Shown: positions 1 to 9,612 of the stretch, in pieces
How the letters are laid out: each line of letters begins with the position of its first letter
Numbering within the stretch: position 1 is the stretch's first letter
Notes under the pieces: model-generated
Told to the model about the DNA's origin: nothing
Seen by the model: only the letters and a program-made list of their open reading frames with translations
Database searches by the model: none
NCBI GenBank assembly: GCA_965207445.1
Contig: CBDBLX010000002.1
Location: 1,975,849 to 2,039,848 of the forward strand
Direction of reading: 5' to 3'
DNA from: Nitrosopumilus sp.
GTDB lineage: Archaea; Thermoproteota; Nitrososphaeria; Nitrososphaerales; Nitrosopumilaceae
DNA: 64,000 nt
Program-made: the position numbers and the translations under genes

Positions 1-294
1 TGCTCAATGCGGAATTCTGGCCGAGCCAAAGCCGATGGGTCCGGCATATCTAGTGAGGGCCGGCGTCGGAACAGAAACCTGTTTTCCTGTGATGTGTGGT
101 GTGTGGGGAGGCAGACGTGAATCAACGCCACAAGGTTGATTTCGGGATTCATGACATTATTTACACCCTGCTTTATTAAAGAAAAACGGACAGTTGACAA
201 TTTAGTTTGAGCTTGGGTAGTCTTACGTATGTGCCATTCTCGGTTCAAACTGTCCGGCTTTCTTATATACGAGATGCACTAGTATTCTTAGATA

Positions 295-1545
295 ATGAAG
301 GACCACAATTGGGACGATTCAACGCCGTTCGAGGCTACGATCTCCAAAGCTGCCGCTCGGAAGATTAAGTTTAGCAGCAAATGGGACGATTCAACGCCGT
401 TCGAGGCTGAAACGTACGTGGATCAACCGTACGGTCAGCGGGTGAAGCAGGGCCTTACGATTGACAGAAGCAGTAACAATTCTAACGCTTACGACGATAT
501 GATTCTCTTAGAGATGAGTGATGGCAAGATGCCCCTGGATCGTCTGTCCCTGCTATCAGGACCATTATACAGATTGCGCCGCAAGAATGACTGGAACACT
601 AAGCGGTGGGCCAATGCCCAAATGGCAAAGCAAACCAATGCTGACAAACATATGATTGATCTCTTTACACCAATCCTGCTTGACATGTTGTCGTATGATC
701 CGCCCACGGCAAGGGACTGGAAGAACGTATCCGAGAAAAATGAAAAACAGGTACGACGGACGGAGGAATATTATCAGCACATGATAAGCAAACCGAATAG
801 TGGGATACGGTTGATACTCTGGGAAAAGGATGGGAGCATTTCCACATACCCCAAAAGGATCGTTCGGGATGATGTCTGCGACTCCCGCGTCGCCGAAATT
901 GCCACACCATATTCCAGTCCCACAGTTAGCGACGCGTCATTTGATCCAAGGGTGTTTGTCGACGAGATATATGTCAGGAGAGAAAGGCGGTTCTGGAAGA
1001 ATGCCTTGCGTGTGCTGTCCAGATGGCTGGAAGGAGGGGGCCGCATGCGACCACAAAAAGCAGGGTGGCTCCCGTACCATATCGTAAACAACGACATCGG
1101 ATTACACGTCCTCTTTGACAATCTTTCTGTGGAGTACGAATCGCGCTGGCTGAATACTCTAGGCGCAAAGTCTCAAGCCGAGTTTTGCAACGGAAGCATA
1201 CGAATCTTCGGCGAGGACATGTATCTGGGCGGGACAGTTCCGGATCCCTACGGCCTGGACAATGCGAAGAAGGCAGTCGAAGAGCACGAGTCTTTTCTTG
1301 CCGACTTTGGGAAAGAGGTGCCCGAAAACCTCCAACATTTTATGATTCCTCAAGACAAGATGAGTGAGCGCATACGCGATCTGATCATGGAAGCCGCCGT
1401 CGAACTAAAGCCACAGCGGGTCGAGCCGGACAGGGTTTTCGATGTCCGACGGCTTTGTTCTCGAACTGCCTCTGCAGACGAGTGGGATCTTGTCTGCATG
1501 GCTCTTGCATCCAGCAGTCTGCAGTCGAAGAAACTAGAAAGTTGA
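295..1545 (+). CDS. Orphan hypothetical protein (416 aa) in GC-richer foreign segment
   Basis: Long ORF. TATA-like TTATATA at 263-269 about 26 nt before the ATG. WDDSTPFEA repeated twice at the N-terminus. No family recognised. Confidence 0.7.
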   Translation: MKDHNWDDSTPFEATISKAAARKIKFSSKWDDSTPFEAETYVDQPYGQRVKQGLTIDRSSNNSNAYDDMILLEMSDGKMPLDRLSLLSGPLYRLRRKNDWNTKRWANAQMAKQTNADKHMIDLFTPILLDMLSYDPPTARDWKNVSEKNEKQVRRTEEYYQHMISKPNSGIRLILWEKDGSISTYPKRIVRDDVCDSRVAEIATPYSSPTVSDASFDPRVFVDEIYVRRERRFWKNALRVLSRWLEGGGRMRPQKAGWLPYHIVNNDIGLHVLFDNLSVEYESRWLNTLGAKSQAEFCNGSIRIFGEDMYLGGTVPDPYGLDNAKKAVEEHESFLADFGKEVPENLQHFMIPQDKMSERIRDLIMEAAVELKPQRVEPDRVFDVRRLCSRTASADEWDLVCMALASSSLQSKKLES

Positions 1546-1843
1546 CGTGATTCGACTTTCTTGGGAAACACCGGGGGCGGACCTGCGATTCTTTTTGTCG
1601 CAACCGTACACCCTGCTCGGAAGCGACTAGTGGGCCTTGAGGCGCCTCCAACTTCTTTAGTCTCCCTGTTTGTATTTGCAAGTAGTTTTTGGATGCTTTT
1701 ATTTCATCATGTACGATTCTAGTAATGAGAAACTGAAACGGGCCCTCCAGTATTAAGTTGAGCAAGGCCGGGCAAGTGATGTCATCTAAGAAACAGATGT
1801 AGAAACTACTGTCTGCTATTACGCAGGGTGCCGTGTTGCTCAA
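1385..1843 (-). pseudogene. Truncated PIN-domain (VapC-like) toxin
   Basis: N-terminus CVIADSSFYICF...ITRIVHDEI has the first two acidic PIN motifs. The later GE/DD motifs are absent and the tail runs antisense into ORF 295-1545. The TTG start overlaps the restored stop of the upstream gene (TTGA). Confidence 0.55.
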
Positions 1844-2372
1844 TTTCTTAGCTCGTTATATCTTTCTTCGGTGACTAGTCCCTTGGAGAACAGTGAGTTG
1901 GCTAGCCTGTCCGGTTTTCCCTGTTACCGACCAGTTCGTCATAAATATTAGATGTATCAGCATAATCCGGATACGTCATATATATCAGAAACAGCAGCTC
2001 CTCCCATCCCAGTTTATCATATACGTTCCGGGTCAGTTTCAGAGCTTGGAGCAAATTTGCAAACCTCTCGTTTCCCTTGTATTGATCGACGATCTTGTTA
2101 AAATAATCCCTGCCGTATTGAGTTATGCTTATGGTTCCATCCCGTCGCACCTTATACGCGTTGTCAAGGTGCAGGGGATCCTCCGTTACCTCTTGGAGTG
2201 TTTGGGAGTATGGACCATGGTAGTGTTTTTCAAAGCCAAAGATCTCGTTTATCTTTGGGACTGCCCGAGATGCGATGAACATCTCTTTTTGCAGATGCCA
2301 CATCGACGGTATCGGGTTGTCTTTGACCCCTAGTAGCAGAGCTATGTATCTCTCGGATTCCTCGCCCAACAT
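1840..2372 (-). pseudogene. YwgA/DUF4065 (SocA/Panacea-like) antitoxin-type protein, frameshifted near the 3' end
   Basis: LQKEMF...HYHGPYS...LLFLIYMTYP motifs. ORF stops at 1902, but another frame continues RLANSLFSKGLVTEERYNELRN* to 1840. SD-like GGAGG and TTTAAATA upstream. Confidence 0.6.
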
Positions 2373-2525
2373 TATCCCTCCTGTGCGTTTTATTTTTGGA
2401 TATTTAAAGAAACGACGTTGGGCTCAAAAAGTGGCAAGTCGACGTTATGACATACGGTGACTAATCAGGTGTGTCCTGCTGTAACGCCTCGTTTTACAAC
2501 AGAATACATGATAACATCCCTCGAT

Positions 2526-2643
2526 ATCGTATAATGATGAATCAACCCCTAGTGGTTTATGGGACACGATCCCTTGCAACAGAATGGGGCAATTCAAGCT
2601 GCCGTATAATTGGGCTGCGAGCCCCGATAGGAGTATGCAGCTT
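2526..2643 (+). ncRNA. Candidate IS110 bridge-RNA-like structured RNA
   Basis: Two stem/internal-loop/hairpin units directly upstream of an IS110 recombinase remnant (see findings). Confidence 0.45.
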
Positions 2644-2685
2644 CTGTTTCATCAAATACATCCAAAAGGAGGTGAGAGAAAAAGG

Positions 2686-2891
2686 ATGAAGACATACATT
2701 GGAATCGACATTGGAAAGAAAAATGTGATTACTGCATAGTTGGAAGTAGAGGTAAGACTCTTGAACGTGAACAATACAATAACAACAGAGAGGATGCAAA
2801 GCAATTTGCAAATCAAATATTGAAAAAATATGGTACGAACAACCAGTGCACAACAGCATGCGAAACTACTGACGTGGCGACAAAATACTAG
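2686..2891 (+). mobile_element. IS110-family recombinase/transposase N-terminal remnant (frameshifted, truncated)
   Basis: SD GGAGGTGA at 2668-2675, then MKTYIGIDIGKK, a frameshift in an A-run, then CDYCIVGSRGKTLEREQYNNNREDAKQFANQILKKYGTNNQCTTACETT. GIDxxK and ACE(S/T)T are the D and E motifs of the DEDD RuvC-like domain. Not in the ORF track. Confidence 0.8.
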
Positions 2892-2991
2892 GTACGTGTC
2901 CGGATTGACTGCAACGGTTCAAATCTGTATTAAATTACCACCAACCGCGTTTGCAAGAGTCATTGAGAACATTTTTTCTCATCACAACACA

Positions 2992-5073
2992 CTATTGTAC
3001 AACAATACCAAGATCATCTTGTATCTCTTTGATTGCTCTGATTCCGTATATGTCTCGAACCTGTTGCATGTGCAGTGACTCTTTGAGTATCTTGACACCT
3101 ACACTCTTCTTTATTGTATCATACACGTCTGCAAATCGCACCTCCCATCTATCTGCACAATCAAACATTTTACTCAATGCCCATCTTTTCACATCTTGTG
3201 GTAAATCGTTTACTCTGTTTGACATTACATCTGCTACATGATTTACCGTTGTTTGGCCACCCTTTGCTTCTTGTTCACTGGAATTGTCTTTTGACATTAT
3301 TGTTGTGTCTCTTTCAAAAAGTACTATGATCTCTGCTGTTCGTCTTGCCATCTCTTTTATTACTGATATGTCTCCGTACTTTGACTCTGCATTCATTCTG
3401 ATTGCAGATTGATACTCTGAGAGTTTGAGCAACCTCGTGGATTCTGTAATTGAATCTTGTGCCACCCTTCCTGTTGCACCTCTTAGATCTTGTATATGGG
3501 TATATATGTTATCTATCTTTTTGTATACATTTGTAGTATCACTCTCTTGTCTTTGCAGTGCATCTGATGTATTGTGTAATTGTTGGTTTAGTTGCTGTAT
3601 GTTATCTTTAATATCTGTCTTTAATGTTGCCATGTCATCTTGTATTGTCTTGAGTCCTTTGTCTATCAGGTCGGTTGCATCTGCTCTTTGTACAAGTGAT
3701 TGTATCTCTGAGCGCATCTGCTTAATCTTCTCAGATATGGTCTGATATGCAACAATAGTTGACTTTGTTGTTGATTCATGTTTTGATACAATTTCGTTGA
3801 TTTGCGCTTGTAGTAAATCTGCATCTTGATTCATCTTATCCATATGTGATGTAATGTTTACTATACTATCACTTAGATTTCTTATATCCTGTGCGCCAAT
3901 GGCGCTCTGCGCAATCCCATCTACTGTGCTCGTAATCTTTTCAACTTTGTCTTGTAGTTGTTCTGCTAGAGTAGATTTAGACTCTACAATCTTGGTGAGT
4001 TCTTCTCTAAGTGACTTTATATTTACATCTGACTGTGCAATCCCATCTACTGTGCTCGTAATCTTTTCAACTTTGTCTTGTAGTTGTTCTGCTAGAGTAG
4101 ATTTAGACTCTACAATCTTGGTGAGTTCTTCTCTAAGTGACTTTATATCTACATCTGACTGTGTAATTTTTCCAACCGCATTTTTGATCTTTTCAATATC
4201 ATTTCTCAGTATATTTATTGTAGAACCTGATTGAGTCACATCAGTCATCTTTGATATCTCTGATCTCAGTGCGTCAATCTCTGCACTAGTTCCTGCAGCA
4301 GACGCTGATCGTGCAGCAACTATCTTTATCTCTTTTCTCACCGCATCTACTGCTTGTGAGAGGTTTGCTATTGCATCTGTACTCTCTTTGATCGTTTTCA
4401 CACCATCGCTGATCTTTTTTGTGATTGTCTTTGTGTTAGATGAGTTCTGTGCTTTTACATTTGTAGTAGATAATGCGGCAACGTCTTTTATCTGTTCTTG
4501 AAACTCAAGTACACGTTTTTCGAGTTTTTTGATTGCCTTTGATTGACCTCCGATCTCCTCTAGTCCAGAGAATAACCCTTGCGTCTCTTTCTTTAAATTT
4601 GATATCTGACGGGATTGTTTTTGAATCTGCAATAGTACTGCTGCTAGTGACTCAGACATGCCACTTATCGATGACATTCTCTTTTGATTGCCAGCAAATG
4701 TCTTTGAGATTGATTTTATCTCATTACGTAACTCTTCATTTAACTCCGTAATAGAGTTTATTTTCGATAGTACCTCAGGTGTTATTGTCTCTGTCTTTTG
4801 TGCTTGTTTTGTATTTTTTGTTTTTGTGGGCTTGCTGTGTTTTTTTGTCAAATCTTTATTTTTTTCTTGTGGTGTGTTTTTTTTATTATCTTGTTTTATT
4901 TTACTAGACTTGTTTTTTGTTGTCGCATTTATTCTTGTCTTTTTTGTTGTAGATGTTTGTGCAGTTGCATGTTTTGCATCATTTTTATTTTTGGCTGTAT
5001 TTGATGTACTCTTTTTCACTATCACTCGTGTTGTCATGATCTGTATTTTCAATTTGATTTTAAAAACATGCAC
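2992..5073 (-). CDS. Long coiled-coil protein with Lys/Thr-rich N-terminus and conserved thaumarchaeal C-terminal domain
   Basis: 693-aa ORF with heptad-like composition. C-terminal SEYQSAIRMNAESKYG...CADRWEVRF...RDIYGIRA resembles a conserved Nitrosopumilaceae protein. Confidence 0.8.
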   Translation of the reverse strand: MHVFKIKLKIQIMTTRVIVKKSTSNTAKNKNDAKHATAQTSTTKKTRINATTKNKSSKIKQDNKKNTPQEKNKDLTKKHSKPTKTKNTKQAQKTETITPEVLSKINSITELNEELRNEIKSISKTFAGNQKRMSSISGMSESLAAVLLQIQKQSRQISNLKKETQGLFSGLEEIGGQSKAIKKLEKRVLEFQEQIKDVAALSTTNVKAQNSSNTKTITKKISDGVKTIKESTDAIANLSQAVDAVRKEIKIVAARSASAAGTSAEIDALRSEISKMTDVTQSGSTINILRNDIEKIKNAVGKITQSDVDIKSLREELTKIVESKSTLAEQLQDKVEKITSTVDGIAQSDVNIKSLREELTKIVESKSTLAEQLQDKVEKITSTVDGIAQSAIGAQDIRNLSDSIVNITSHMDKMNQDADLLQAQINEIVSKHESTTKSTIVAYQTISEKIKQMRSEIQSLVQRADATDLIDKGLKTIQDDMATLKTDIKDNIQQLNQQLHNTSDALQRQESDTTNVYKKIDNIYTHIQDLRGATGRVAQDSITESTRLLKLSEYQSAIRMNAESKYGDISVIKEMARRTAEIIVLFERDTTIMSKDNSSEQEAKGGQTTVNHVADVMSNRVNDLPQDVKRWALSKMFDCADRWEVRFADVYDTIKKSVGVKILKESLHMQQVRDIYGIRAIKEIQDDLGIVVQ
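3911..4163. repeat. Near-perfect 126-bp in-frame tandem duplication (42 aa)
   Basis: Copies start at 3911 and 4037. IKSLREELTKIVESKSTLAEQLQDKVEKITSTVDGIAQS occurs twice. Confidence 0.95.
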
Positions 5074-5345
5074 ATTGCAAACGATTTGAACTCTTCTTGC
5101 ACACTTTACTGATGTAATATCTCAAACATCATGTTCAGCATCATCATAATGCAAGAAATAACTGTTGGTTTAACATCTCAAAATCTTTGGGCATTGATAC
5201 ATCCAAGACATTAGCATCTACCATGGACTTTATTGTATTTGATCAAATATATATTATACTATATTTATCCGTGAGTGTTTGTATAATTACTGACTGTTAA
5301 AATATTTTATCTATCTGACTTTGTAATCATTGCAAAAAATGTAAA

Positions 5346-6377
5346 TTGGAACTTTATACCCACAATGTGTTGGAATTTGAGATAATGTTACATGTTGCAG
5401 CTATTATTATTGCATCTGCAGTTGCCTTTGCAATTGTGCGTTTCATAACACCACTATTGATAAACCATCTTCAAAAGACCAGAAGCGTTGTGGTTGATGT
5501 GATGAAGCCAGATAAAGCAATGGTTGCACGACCTGCAGGTCCTGTTCTAATAATTGCTGTCTTGGCAGCAAGTTTTGTTTTGTATGCATTTTTTGAGTCA
5601 ATGGATATTCTTGCAGTACTACTAGTCACATTTGCCTGCTTTGTAATTGGATATATAGATGACAAAAAGGTGATGGGTGGATGGTTCAAGCCTTTGGCAC
5701 TTTTAGTTGCTGCTATTCCGATACTTGTCTTGGGTACATATGACTCTAATTTGTCATTTCCAATATTTGGAGACACACACATTCCATTACTGTATCTGAT
5801 TTTAGCACCTCTGATAATATGCATCACTGCTAACACTGCAAATTCCATTGATGTGATGAATGGCCTGCTTAGTGGATTTATGGCAATTACAGGTTTGGCA
5901 TTGACAATATCACTGTTCATACTCCAAAACTATGAGATGGCCATAATGTCATTGGTACTTGTGACTATATCACTTTCTTATTACAAGTATCACAAGATAC
6001 CCTGTAAAATATTTCCTGGCGACTCTGGCTCTCTGTTGTTTGGTGGAATGTATGGTGCAATTGCAATATGTGGAGGTGTGGAAATTATTGCAGCAGTGGC
6101 ACTATTGCCTGCAATAGTTAACTCTTTTTTGTTTCTTGCAAGTGTAAAAAAGATAGTCGATCACAGAAAAGTTGAGAAACAATCAACCATACTATCTGAT
6201 GATTACAAGATAAAGTGCTCACCAGAAAAGGGGGCATCAATAAGCTTGGTAGGACTAGTCACAGGATCTACATTTCATACAGAAAAACAAGTCGTCTTTG
6301 CAATATTCAAGCTTGCCGCATTATCTGGATGTTTAGCTGTTCTGAGTGCTATTTTGAGTGTATGGGGTTTTTGGTAG
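5346..6377 (+). CDS. MraY/GPT-family UDP-GlcNAc:dolichyl-phosphate GlcNAc-1-phosphotransferase (AglH-like)
   Basis: Multi-TM protein with GYIDD, NSIDVMNGL and KIFPGDSG motifs of glycosyltransferase family 4. The start may be the ATG at 5385. Confidence 0.88.
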   Translation: MELYTHNVLEFEIMLHVAAIIIASAVAFAIVRFITPLLINHLQKTRSVVVDVMKPDKAMVARPAGPVLIIAVLAASFVLYAFFESMDILAVLLVTFACFVIGYIDDKKVMGGWFKPLALLVAAIPILVLGTYDSNLSFPIFGDTHIPLLYLILAPLIICITANTANSIDVMNGLLSGFMAITGLALTISLFILQNYEMAIMSLVLVTISLSYYKYHKIPCKIFPGDSGSLLFGGMYGAIAICGGVEIIAAVALLPAIVNSFLFLASVKKIVDHRKVEKQSTILSDDYKIKCSPEKGASISLVGLVTGSTFHTEKQVVFAIFKLAALSGCLAVLSAILSVWGFW

Positions 6378-6413
6378 ATTGATGAATGTTATCGATTCAG
6401 ATGATTATGTATA

Positions 6414-6701
6414 TTGTTGTACATTTTACATGTCAGTATATTCATATATGGTGAGATGATAGTACAGATGACAAACCTCAAGCCTCTTGTTATGTTTATT
6501 ATAATAATGTGGGCACTTATGCTAGTAGGTGGTGGCATATTGGTAATGTTGGTGGCACCAATTCAGATAGATTGTTGCAATGAACATGGACCACTTGCAT
6601 CATCCATACTCAAAGCTATAATAACTCTAGGACTAGTGATATTGTGGATCATTGTACTAGTCTGGATGAAGAGAATAATCTTGCATAGGACAGTGACATA
6701 G
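6414..6701 (+). CDS. Small two-TM membrane protein
   Basis: Two hydrophobic segments. Likely start is the ATG at 6468. Confidence 0.65.
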   Translation: MLYILHVSIFIYGEMIVQMTNLKPLVMFIIIMWALMLVGGGILVMLVAPIQIDCCNEHGPLASSILKAIITLGLVILWIIVLVWMKRIILHRTVT

Positions 6702-6714
6702 TTGTTAAGAAATG

Positions 6715-6779
6715 TGCAGTCAGATACCCCAGGTCTCTCTTTCTACATTACATTCAGCTGACCTGCTCATCATCCTGCA
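6715..6779 (-). ncRNA. Candidate C/D-box guide sRNA
   Basis: Minus strand reads TGCAGG-ATGATGA(C)-GCAGGTCAG-CTGA(D')-...-CTGA(D)-CTGCA with a 5-bp terminal stem. Intergenic. Confidence 0.6.
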
Positions 6780-6895
6780 GTTATGTTGTTGTTTATTCTT
6801 GTCTTAAAGAGCGTTGTTTTGTTGTTGCTGCTACACAACTTTAAAATCTACAAAAAGACCACGATATTTTTAAATCTGTACAGTGATGTTATTAT

Positions 6896-8428
6896 GTGCT
6901 AAATCATCCACTCGTTACCGATACCACAAATGCAGATGAATCATCGGGATTTTTGAGCACTGCAATTGATCATCTCACACCTGATCTCATACACGTTAAC
7001 TTTGTAACTGACCTTGCAATTATAATGATAGTTGGAGCTGTAATCACACTTGCGTTTTTTAAGATACGTCAACCTTTGATTATTGGGTATCTGTTTGCAG
7101 GCATGCTGATAGGTCCATTGTCACCGTTTTGGTCTTGGGTACTGCCTGATGTAGTTGATACGTCTCATCTACAAGATGGTGGTGGTCCGGTTCAACTAGT
7201 TGGGCTAGTAGCTGACATCTCTGCGCTTAATCTGTTTGCTGAAATCGGAGTTATACTGTTATTGTTTGTAATTGGAATGGAGTTTCCATATGCCAAGATC
7301 AAGACCATGGGACGCTCTGCTGTTGGAATTGGCTCATTGGGACTTTTATCGACACTAGGCGTAGTATTCTTTGCAGCCACCTCACTTGGAATGGTCTTTA
7401 TGGATGCACTATTTTTAGCTGCTGCACTCTCAATATCAAGTACTGCTGTGATAGTCAAGTTATTTGAGGAGATGGGGCGCATAAAAGAAGAATCATCTGT
7501 ATTGGTTTTGGGCATATTGATTGTAGAGGATGTAATTGCTGTAATTTTGATATCTTCTTTGCAGTCAGTTGCACTTGTGGGCTCTGTATCCATAGAGTCA
7601 ATTATTGTAGTGGTCCTTGTTGCAACGGGCTTAATTGCAGGAACATTGTTGGTTGGAACGCGCATCATACCACACATGATAGACCGTGTGGCAGCAATTG
7701 AAAATCGTGAAATATTATTACTCAGTCTACTTGGCATCTGTTTTGGGTATGCATTATTTTCAAACTTGATGGGATTATCAGTTGCAATTGGAGCATTTCT
7801 TGCAGGTGTGTTGGTGGCAGAATCAAAGTCAGCAGAGGTGGCGCGCGTACTGTCAAATCCGATCAAAGACATGTTTGTTGCAATATTTTTCATATCTGTA
7901 GGTGCACTGATGGACATATCACAACTCAACGACTACATATGGTTAGCAATAGGACTCATTGCAGTTTCAATAGGTATGAAGTTTGGCGCTAATTTGGCAG
8001 GCAATATGATGTTTAGAATGAAGCGCAAAAAAGCACTGCGTTCGGCATTTATGCTTGCATCCCCACGTGGTGAGTTTTCTATTGTTATTGTAAAGGTTGG
8101 TGTGGATATAGGTGCAGTGAGTGCATTTGTGTTTCCTCTAATAGGGTTGATATCTATTGTGACATCTTTTTTGGCCCCATTCATTGTAAAAATTGGAGAC
8201 ATGATAGTATCAAAGACTGCAACTAGTGATGATGATGAAAAAGAGGATATTTCTGGTGATGGTGATGACTCTGATCAGACTATAACATCAATGCCCAGTG
8301 ATAATTATGCCGATCATGATGATCATAAAAAAGCAGAAAGTGAAAATAATATCACATCACATACAGATGCAGAGCCCATATACTCTGATGATGAATCTAG
8401 TGACACTAGTACTGTAAAAGGATCCTGA
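6896..8428 (+). CDS. Cation:proton antiporter (CPA2/KefB-like) with acidic C-terminal tail
   Basis: SISSTAVIVK, LIVED, GAFLAG, FFISVG and PRGEFS motifs. Confidence 0.92.
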   Translation: MLNHPLVTDTTNADESSGFLSTAIDHLTPDLIHVNFVTDLAIIMIVGAVITLAFFKIRQPLIIGYLFAGMLIGPLSPFWSWVLPDVVDTSHLQDGGGPVQLVGLVADISALNLFAEIGVILLLFVIGMEFPYAKIKTMGRSAVGIGSLGLLSTLGVVFFAATSLGMVFMDALFLAAALSISSTAVIVKLFEEMGRIKEESSVLVLGILIVEDVIAVILISSLQSVALVGSVSIESIIVVVLVATGLIAGTLLVGTRIIPHMIDRVAAIENREILLLSLLGICFGYALFSNLMGLSVAIGAFLAGVLVAESKSAEVARVLSNPIKDMFVAIFFISVGALMDISQLNDYIWLAIGLIAVSIGMKFGANLAGNMMFRMKRKKALRSAFMLASPRGEFSIVIVKVGVDIGAVSAFVFPLIGLISIVTSFLAPFIVKIGDMIVSKTATSDDDEKEDISGDGDDSDQTITSMPSDNYADHDDHKKAESENNITSHTDAEPIYSDDESSDTSTVKGS

Positions 8429-8433
8429 TTGCA

Positions 8434-9024
8434 ATGTCACACAGAGACTCTGATGATAATTTTACTTTTGATTATCCTTACTCAAAAAGTGAATTTGCAA
8501 ATGACTATGTTGATATACCTGTTGAGTGGAAAGAATATCTTTGTGGTATTGGTAAGAATGTTGGTGATAAAGTTGGCGATGCTATACTTGTTGACTATAT
8601 GCCAGATGTACGAGTTCCATGTATAGTAATTGATGATTACAAGTATCGCTCGATTAACCGCGTATTGTGTGAGAACTCTGCTCGAATTGGTGTTGATCTG
8701 AATATATTTGATAATCATCGAGGAGTTGTGTTTGTAGAGATAGTTATGGACACGCCTCACTTTGCATCAACAAATCATGATGGAAAGTTTGATGCAAATG
8801 ACCTACATTTTGTTCAAGAGCACTTTATCTTAAATGCTAGAGAACACTTTTCATTTTTTAAGGCAATGGCAAATAGTATAATGATTGGGCTTTTGCCTCT
8901 GCATATGGATGACCCTGATGAGCAGACTGCCATAATGATCCAGTTTCCACGACCTGATCGTATAGCAAATTCGTTGGATTTGATAAAAAAGGGGTTAGGT
9001 AGGCGTAGAGATGAAACATTGTGA
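8434..9024 (+). CDS. Hypothetical protein
   Basis: 196-aa ORF starting 6 nt after the antiporter stop. Confidence 0.7.
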   Translation: MSHRDSDDNFTFDYPYSKSEFANDYVDIPVEWKEYLCGIGKNVGDKVGDAILVDYMPDVRVPCIVIDDYKYRSINRVLCENSARIGVDLNIFDNHRGVVFVEIVMDTPHFASTNHDGKFDANDLHFVQEHFILNAREHFSFFKAMANSIMIGLLPLHMDDPDEQTAIMIQFPRPDRIANSLDLIKKGLGRRRDETL

Positions 9025-9043
9025 TGATGATGATGTGGGGTGT

Positions 9044-9168
9044 GTGATTGTAAATGGTGATTGTAAATGGTGATTGTAAATGGTGATTGTAAATGGTGAT
9101 TGTAAATGGTGATTGTAAATGGTGATTGTAAATGGTGATTGTAAATGGTGATTGTAAATGGTGACTGT
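9044..9168. repeat. Minisatellite (GTGATTGTAAATG) x9
   Basis: 13-bp unit, nine perfect copies plus a partial, just downstream of tRNA-Gly. Confidence 0.95.
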
Positions 9169-9189
9169 GGACAATTTCTTGATTTACAA

Positions 9190-9263
9190 TGCAGTTACCG
9201 GGATTCGAACCCGGGTCGCGAACTTGGCAAGCTCGTATACTAACCAAACTATACTACAACTGC
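9190..9263 (-). tRNA. tRNA-Gly(GCC)
   Basis: GCAGTTG acceptor stem, D arm, anticodon loop TTGCCAA, T-loop GGTTCGAATCC. No encoded CCA. Confidence 0.95.
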
Positions 9264-9402
9264 AATATTTCACTTTAAATGATTATTACTATTAAATTCT
9301 TTCAGAGAAAGATATCATTGCGTTAATTGGGTAAAAGTTACACCTTCTATGCATCCGGTCATCACAACACATGGATTCCATTCATAGACACGCCAGACTA
9401 GT

Positions 9403-9484
9403 TTAACCGTTCAACCCCCCGTGTGTACATGCGCCAGACGCTACGGTAAATTTGTGCCTAAATTTAAAATGAGTTGAACTTATG
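9403..9484 (+). mobile_element. MITE family A copy (degenerate)
   Basis: TAACCGTTCAACCCC...GCGCCAGACG...GGTAAATTTGTGCCTAAATTT...GTTGAAC, homologous to the copies at 17406, 26584, 46276 and 58658. Confidence 0.75.
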
Positions 9485-9612
9485 AAAGCAACGACTCTGA
9501 TAAAATCATGATTTTATGTGTTTTAATTACCCATGTACAAATGTACTAAATTGTCATTAGAATGGATAATAGTAATTAAAAAATAAAAAACAACAACGAC
9601 ACAATATCAGAA

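Noticed and set aside
9044..9168. Short repeat arrays (also 18992-19086 and 37849-37915) as CRISPR
   Set aside because: Units are contiguous 13-15 bp with no spacers, and no cas genes are present.
8858..9247. 129-aa minus-strand ORF
   Set aside because: It is a translation through tRNA-Gly and the minisatellite.
9190..9263. tRNA-Gly as an integration site
   Set aside because: No duplicated tRNA 3' end or integrase is seen in the window.
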